DNA from: Octopus vulgaris
Taxonomy: Eukaryota
Direction of reading: 5' to 3'
Assembly (NCBI GenBank): GCA_951406725.2
Contig: OX597814.1
Coordinates: forward strand, 146,506,001-146,570,000
Length of the DNA: 64,000 bases
Part shown: piece by piece, positions 56,837 to 64,000 of the stretch
Numbering within the stretch: the first letter of the stretch is position 1
Layout of the letters: each line of letters opens with the position of its first letter
The notes under the pieces: model-generated
The model's input: the letters and a program-made list of their open reading frames with translations, nothing else
What the model was told of the DNA's origin: nothing
The model's database searches: none
Position numbers and translations under genes: made by a program

Positions 56837-58937
56837 TGTTTACATTGGTGTGGTTGTGTATTTGCATTTGTGTCTGTGTTTGAGTAAAATGGTGAGATTC
56901 TCAAAGAGCAAACATGAGATGTGCAGCGTGATGCATATACTATATTTATTGACAGACAGAAAATAAATGAACGCTACACACACTGTGAGAGAAATTGAAT
57001 TAGGAGATAAATCCAGAGACGTTGGTTGTAACTGAAAGAATATCCACAATATTTAATATTTATTGTCATGAATATTTTCTTTAGGTACTTTTCAAGTATG
57101 CAGAATATTCTTTAGCAGAATACATTTTTTTATTAATTAGTAGGGCATCAGCGAAATTGATAATCTATGAGAGAGTGTTTGAGATAAATGTATCATACAA
57201 TTGCTACAATTATATTTTTAACCCGTTGGCTCTAAGTGTAATGTGACGAAGTATAGCGCGCATAATATAATTATACTATAAACTAAATCAAATTCCGGAT
57301 GTGGCAAAACTATGCTTCCCTAAATACCCGTTACATGGCACGTAACGCTTTAGTACACAAACACACACACACATGTATATATATATATATATATATATGC
57401 ATGGATCCTACTTCTCAACAACATTGTCCCGGGTTCAGTCCCACTTTGTGAAACTTTTGACAGATGTCGTCATGCCGAGCGAAGCATTGTTTGTGGATTT
57501 GATATATTGAAAAAAAACATTCGCGTGTGTGTATATAAAAATATATAAAAATGTGTGTGTATGTATATACATATGTAATTATGTATATGTATGTATGTGT
57601 GTGTGTAGTGGATGGGTGGTTGTACCCGTATGTGTGCATGTAGGTGTGATTTCATTCAAGTGATTCCTGGGTTTCTTATCTCATAATATGTCCCCATGAT
57701 TCAGTAAATATATATATTTATACAAACTAACAAATCTATAAATAATGACATTTACATGTCATCTCCATTTACAGCAAAATGTCATTCTTATATCAGTTAA
57801 TTATCAGGAAATTCAATGAAACATTATTAATGTTGTAGCAATTTCTAAAGAATGAACTTATGCAGATTTGTTAGTAATTGATTATCAAATATTAATGACT
57901 TTAATAGATACAGTTTATACAATGAAGGTAATGTAAAGAAACGAAAATAACTTAAGTGCAACACAAAAATATATGGCGCACAAACATTTAAAGCATAATC
58001 TGTATACAAAACTTTTGTAGTTCAGACTTCTATTGTTATTTGTAATGTTATCGAATATCGATTCATCCCACACAACGGATAATGTAAAACAGATCAGGGA
58101 AATTTTGCGTATAATTTGATTCGGTCGCTGGCCTTATTTCCCTTGCAGAAGAACAAATGTTCTAGCCATCGTAATCATTTCCTATAGAAAACAGCGTTGT
58201 TATATCGATAAACTGCTTAAATAAATTCTTTTCTCTATTCAGGTTGATTAACTTGGAGCTGAAAGTATATAATCCGAATTGATAGAGTGTCTTTTTCTTT
58301 GTAATTTCCATATATCTTAGGGGGCGACTTCTATTATTCGAATTAAATATGTAACTTGAATCTAGTTTTGGTAAGAAACCTAAATGGATTTTTAGAATGA
58401 GATTTGGGTGGACTTGTAGTCACTGTCATTCTCTGGGGTCTTTTCCCATGTGATGAATATTACTGTGTGTGAAACACATATCTTCCGAACAATCTCCTAG
58501 ACGTGGTCATCTTGTTTTCCTTACTTCTTATATTAGCAGTAGTTTTCTTTGCATACTTAATCTTCAAATTCTCTGATTACAGTAGCATAGAAATTCAAGG
58601 AAAAGTGTCCACAAGATGATGTGGTCGCGAAGGCGACGAGCTGGCAGAATCGTGAGCACGACGGGTAAAATCCTTTGCGGCGTTTCGTCCGTCTTTATGT
58701 TCTGAGGTCCAATTTTGCAAAGTCGACTTTGCCTTTCATCTTTCGGGGTTGATAAAATAAGAACCTACTGAACTCTGGGGTCGATATAATCGAATTTCCC
58801 TCCCCTAAAATTGCTACCTTCAACATAAATTTGAAACTATAATCATGTAGACCAGCATAGTGAGTAGCAGCTGATTTTCTAACCAGCTGTTGAAAGTATT
58901 TCTGAACGAACAGCATATTTCTGGATCAAGTACGTAT

Positions 58938-58940
58938 GTA

Positions 58941-59033
<93 letters not shown>

Positions 59034-59034
59034 G

Positions 59035-59095
<61 letters not shown>

Positions 59096-59106
59096 CTAGC
59101 TATCTA

Positions 59107-59139
<33 letters not shown>

Positions 59140-59159
59140 ATATATATCTATCTACCTAC

Positions 59160-59223
<64 letters not shown>

Positions 59224-59243
59224 ATATCTATCTATCTATATAT
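58938..59243. repeat. (TATC)n GATA-type microsatellite; others at ~4250-4365 and ~16125-16182
   Basis: Seen directly. Confidence 0.95.
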
Positions 59244-59362
59244 AAACTGGATTAATTATTAGATCTTTCCAACCGAATGTAGTGTCTATATAAAATTGTC
59301 ATTCGAGTCATATTTCGAGATTTTTTATTTGTAATAAGACATTTCTTGAAGAATATCTTAAT

Positions 59363-59765
59363 AGGCGTAGGAGTGGCTGTGTGGTAAGTAGTTTGCTTAC
59401 GAACCACATCGTTCCCGCTTCAGACCCACTGCGTGGCAGCTTCGGTAAGTGTTTTCTACAATAGTCTCTGGCCGACCAAAGCCTTGTGAGTGGATTTGGT
59501 AGACGGAAACTGAAAGAGGGCCGTCGTATATATGTATATATATGTGTGTGTGTGTTTTTGTGTCTTTGTTTGTCCCCCCCAACGTCGCTTGACAACCCAT
59601 GCTGGTGTGTTTAAATCCCCGTAACTTAGCGGTTCGGCAAAAAGACCGATCGAATAAGTACTAGGCTTACAAAGAGTAAGTACCGGGACCAATGTGCTCT
59701 ACTAAAGGCGGTGCTCCAGCATAGCGACAGTCAAATGACTGGAACAAGTAAAAGAGTAAAACAGT
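59363..59765 (+). mobile_element. tRNA-derived SINE family B with internal microsatellite; other copies at ~9800-10197(-), 40880-41015(+), 43940-44320(+), 51260-51417(-), 52288-52735(-), 57400-57520(+)
   Basis: GGCGYAGGAGTGGCTGTGTGGTAAG head with GGTTCAGTCCC-type B box, TTTGGTAGACGGAAACTGAAA core, internal (TA)/(GT)n and AAGTAAAAGAG tail. Confidence 0.88.
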
Positions 59766-61310
59766 AAATGACCTATTCACTGCACCATTTACTAATTCGT
59801 ATACATTCTAAAACCACGCAGTATATCCTAAATTTCCAACTAAGCATATCAGCGGAACAATTTTTATATCCTTTAAAGTTCCTGGCAACACATGTAGGAA
59901 ATAAAGTTATTTTTGAACGAAGCATAAACTGATAAAATTCTTACATGATAAATAATTCAGGTGTATACATCCTGAATATTTTAAAGAATCCTGGTTTACG
60001 TGCTTAAGAACAATTTATACGTAATATTTAAATCCAATATTTTATCTCGCGCATGCAAAAATAAAGTAGCAGGGAATTTGGGCTCTTTTAGCTTATCATG
60101 AAATATTCCTCATCAGAAATCTATGAAAATATGGAAGTAAATAAAAGTAAGACAATGAGGGCATTTTGTTGAAGGCAAATTACAATAATCGACCACAATC
60201 AATATATTTGACAAACTAGACTATTTAACTGGTTTACGCAATGTGAAGGGTCAACACTTTGAACGAATTCAGTGCAGAGTTTTTTCTCATTGCTCAAATG
60301 CTGCAAGTGCTCAAACGTTAGATATGCATAACAGTCTGTGTTGGTAGTAGTTTTAAATAATTAATTTTCGTCAATATTTTCCAAAAGCTTCAAGCTAAAT
60401 GTTCAATAAATTACAGGAATTGAGAACTTAATAAAGATAAAAATAAATAAACAACGTTTGAAAATAAGATATAATCTTACGTCGTATCAGTGCTGCTCCA
60501 TGGAAAATTATTTTATGCGTCACTTGAAGTCGTCGGTGTGAGAACATTATTCTGATATCATTTTGCCGATATAAATATTTCTGTGTCGGATCGTTCTACT
60601 CATGTGTGTATTTTGTCCTTTGGTGTATCTCATTAGGAATATGTTTGTATGAGTAGTTCTTTTCCTATTCTCTGTATGTATATAGTAACGTGTTGTTTGT
60701 GTTGCTTTTTTGTGACAGCTACATATTTCTGTATCTAGTAATTGAAATCGAATGTTATCAGATGCTGGTGAGGCGTTCTATTCCACTTCGGAGTCGGAGA
60801 AAACATGTGAAGTATAGATGGTACCTTTTCTGTGCTGGGGGATTTTTAAGAATCTTGGGGATGTACACATAAAAAAAAGGAATAACCAGGATACTTCTGT
60901 CATGTCTCCTCTCTAGCTTAGAGTTCGCCCAATGTTTTCAGTTCCAGTCAAAAATTTAACAGAATAACAATGCATAATTAACTTAATGAAACTAAAACGT
61001 ACATTATTATTATTAAGAGACAAATGTTCATATTTCAAGCATTCTTTATTTTAAAAAAATCTAAATGCGTAAGCGGATTTCAACACATCAAAATCGAATG
61101 TAACACATGATAACACCATGATAATAGGGAATGAAAAAGAATAACAAGTCAATACATTATGAAAAATCATACTCCTAAAGTTGATTTTATTTCAAAAAAA
61201 TTTATAACAATAACACAAAGTTAACGATGAATGGATTATATTCACATTCTAATAAAAGACAGTATCATTTTGTTTATACACCTATTTGTGGAAACGTTAG
61301 AGTGCGAATA

Positions 61311-61743
61311 TTCTTTTTCTACTCCAGGCGCAAGGCCCGAAATTTTTACGGAGGGGGCTAGTCGATTAGATCGACCCCAGTACGCAACTCGTATTTAATT
61401 TATCGACCCCGAAAGGATGAAAGGGAAAGTGGACCTCGGCGGAATTTGAACTCAGAAAGTAAAGACAGACAAAATACCGCGAAGCAATTTGCCCGGCGTG
61501 CTAACGTTTCTTATTTCTTTACTGCCCACAAGGGGCTACATACAGAGGGGACAAACAAGGTTAGACAAACGGATTAAGTCGATTATATCGATTCCAGTGC
61601 GTAACAGGTACTTATTTAGTCGAAGCCGAAAGGATGAAAGGCAAAGTCGATCTCGGAGGAATTTGAACTCAGAAAGTAAATACAGGTGAAATGCCGCGAA
61701 GCAATTCGTCCGGCGTGCAAACGTTTCTGCCAGCTTGCCGCTT
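61311..61743 (-). mobile_element. tRNA-derived SINE family A, dimeric copy with 18-bp target-site duplication
   Basis: Two tandem units containing GTCGACTTTGCCTTTCATCCTTTCGGGGTCGATAAA-like cores. TSD TTAGAGTGCGAATATTCT at 61297-61314 and 61743-61760. Confidence 0.9.
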
Positions 61744-62699
61744 TAGAGTGCGAATATTCTGATAATGAACACACGTCATTATTTATATCTGGTACGGCTC
61801 GGAGCTTGGTGAGTTCTTAGCATGCGGGCGAAATATTTAGCGGCATTTCGTCCCTCTTTACAGCATTTGCTTTTTATGTTTCATATTCGATAAAATAAGT
61901 ACGAGGTGAGCACTAGGGTCGATGTAATCGTCTTATCACTTACCGCGAAAATGATGGCCTTGTGTTAAAGTGTTAAACCAATACGAACGTGCATGGTTGA
62001 TTGTAGAGCTATATATATGGGATATACTTTCTGGCTACGACTACGGTGTGAACCGATCCTCTGAGTTGAGTTAGGAGGTATGTATTTTTTTGCTGTCATC
62101 TACTTTCTTCAAATCTTATATCAAATCTAAATCGACATCTAACCTTTATCTCGTTTAAATCTTCTTAGTTACACATAAGGAGCGCAACACCAAAGCATAT
62201 CTGAAATCTCTCAGGTTACAAAATCACCCAGCATTTACTACGATGTGACACATTGTTGGCTTGTACACGGATCCAAATAGATATTTCTAATTTCCACGAA
62301 CATGGCATACGCATGGTTGACAATCTAACAGTGCTGTTATAAGGAGCACAATTTATATATCATGAAATACTAATACAAATATGGGATATACTGCATGAAT
62401 GCTATATTTCAAAAATTCAAAAGATGCGGCCCTATCTTTCAGGAAGAAGTTATAGAAAATAAATTGAGAATAGAGTGGACGCTTATCCAGGAGAGTGGGA
62501 TATCCTGTGAATACAAGAGAAAATGGTCTTTAATATGCATAGTATATATTATGTAAATACTGGTTATTTTATCTCCCATTTTCTTAATTACACCCAACTA
62601 TTTATACCTTAAAACTTGTGAAAAATTTCTGTTTTAAGTATTTTCAATTCTTCCAAGTGAGTATAAGTTTTGTAAAATCATTCGCCATTCCCTATGATT

Positions 62700-63780
62700 A
62701 TAAAATAGCTGTTTTATACCAGACATCTTTATATGCCGCTTTTAGAAGGTCTTACTGCATTTCCACTATCTCCTGCAGACCCTGTAAATAACAGGGCAAA
62801 GATAACGAGAAATTCTGTTGTTGATGTTCCTCTTCTTCATCATCTTTATTCATTCTTTCAATCTATTTTCTTATTGTTTGTATCTGAACGCAGCATGCAA
62901 TTCATTACAAGCTTTGAAAATTTGGATTTGATAATAGTTTATGAAGAATTTTACCATCCAGTTTTCGTTTACCATTCCAAGCAAAATATATCCTAGGCCA
63001 GTAGTTTTTGTTTCCTAAGAAAATGTACGCTGCACGTGGGAGCTGTTATTTTAAATAACTCTGACTTTTTGCTTTCAGAAATTTACAAATCAACGCATCT
63101 TAAACGAAGCACATCATACATATCCGAAACCCACATGAATGTGTGGGTAGGATGAAAAAGGATATATGCAGCAAAATAGATTTTGTTTCAACTATAATTA
63201 CACAAATATAAAATATTGGTATTGTTAAACAAAAAACCTAATAAATAAAGCATAAGTTTAATGTGTGGAGTGAAAACATTCACCCTCCAACACGAGCCCA
63301 TTTATTATCAAACATAAAAACAAATACGTCATTTTGTATTGTTGTTACGCATACAAATAAATAAGTAAGTATGTAAGTAAATAAATATGAACGAACTTGA
63401 GGAACGAAGAATTTTGGCAATGTAATAATAGAAAATGGTTTTCTCCTACGACATATCAACAAACAGTATTTAATACTAACTAAGAGACGACAACAAAACA
63501 CAATGGTCTGGTTGAAGGGTGTGAGTATGATATTAATCCTGGGTTATTGATCCCTATTTTGAAACAATATAGATAAGAAGCAAGTACTGATGTCATACGG
63601 TAAGTTAGGTAATCGAGTGAGGTCTCAACGGACATAAAGTCGATTGTGATACAGAAAACAATATCAGAACTGTTCAAGACGAGTGTGACGATAGGAAGGC
63701 GTGGAGAATTTTTCCAGAGCAAATTCCTGTTTTTAGCACAAATCTCATGGAAAATTTCTCTGAGACAAAATATTCCACAT
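62700..63780 (-). mobile_element. Possible ancient Penelope-like RT remnant
   Basis: Broken frames give, in order, FMSVETSLDYL, *YV (RYVDD-like), NSSFLKFV and LSLPCYLQGLQE. Weak. Confidence 0.3.
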
Positions 63781-63827
63781 AGTGCCGCTCTATGTTTGTA
63801 TACAGATTATAGATGTAATACATGCCG

Positions 63828-63919
<92 letters not shown>

Positions 63920-64000
63920 AAAAATGGTAAATAATTTTCCTGTGGTTTATCATGTAACCAACAATTATTTACCGGTAAATTTCGGTATGTAAATACGACA

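Overview
Eukaryotic, AT-rich, microsatellite-dense DNA. The SINE families and simple-repeat style strongly resemble an Octopus (coleoid cephalopod) genome; this is an inference. I found no intact host gene, rRNA, true tRNA or CRISPR array. Most of the ORF track is microsatellite noise. The window is a retroelement landscape with these main parts. (1) A nearly intact R4/Dong-clade, restriction-like-endonuclease (RLE) non-LTR retrotransposon at ~35810-39980, broken only by two homopolymer -1 indels, plus two diverged Dong-like relatives on the minus strand; all end in (TAA)n. (2) Several Penelope-like (RT + GIY-YIG) remnants, and non-coding pLTR-type structures carrying hammerhead-ribozyme cores: a young 560/561-bp tandem array with an inverted end (55388-56768) and a fold-back element with a type-I hammerhead in its loop (32024-32725). 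(3) A heavily decayed SLC6/NSS-type transporter pseudogene on the minus strand (~17400-20420), whose 5' part is duplicated in inverted orientation. (4) Non-autonomous Helitron-like elements with swapped ends, Tc1/mariner remnants, CR1/RTE fragments and over 20 tRNA-derived SINE copies. All alignments were done by eye and need computational confirmation.
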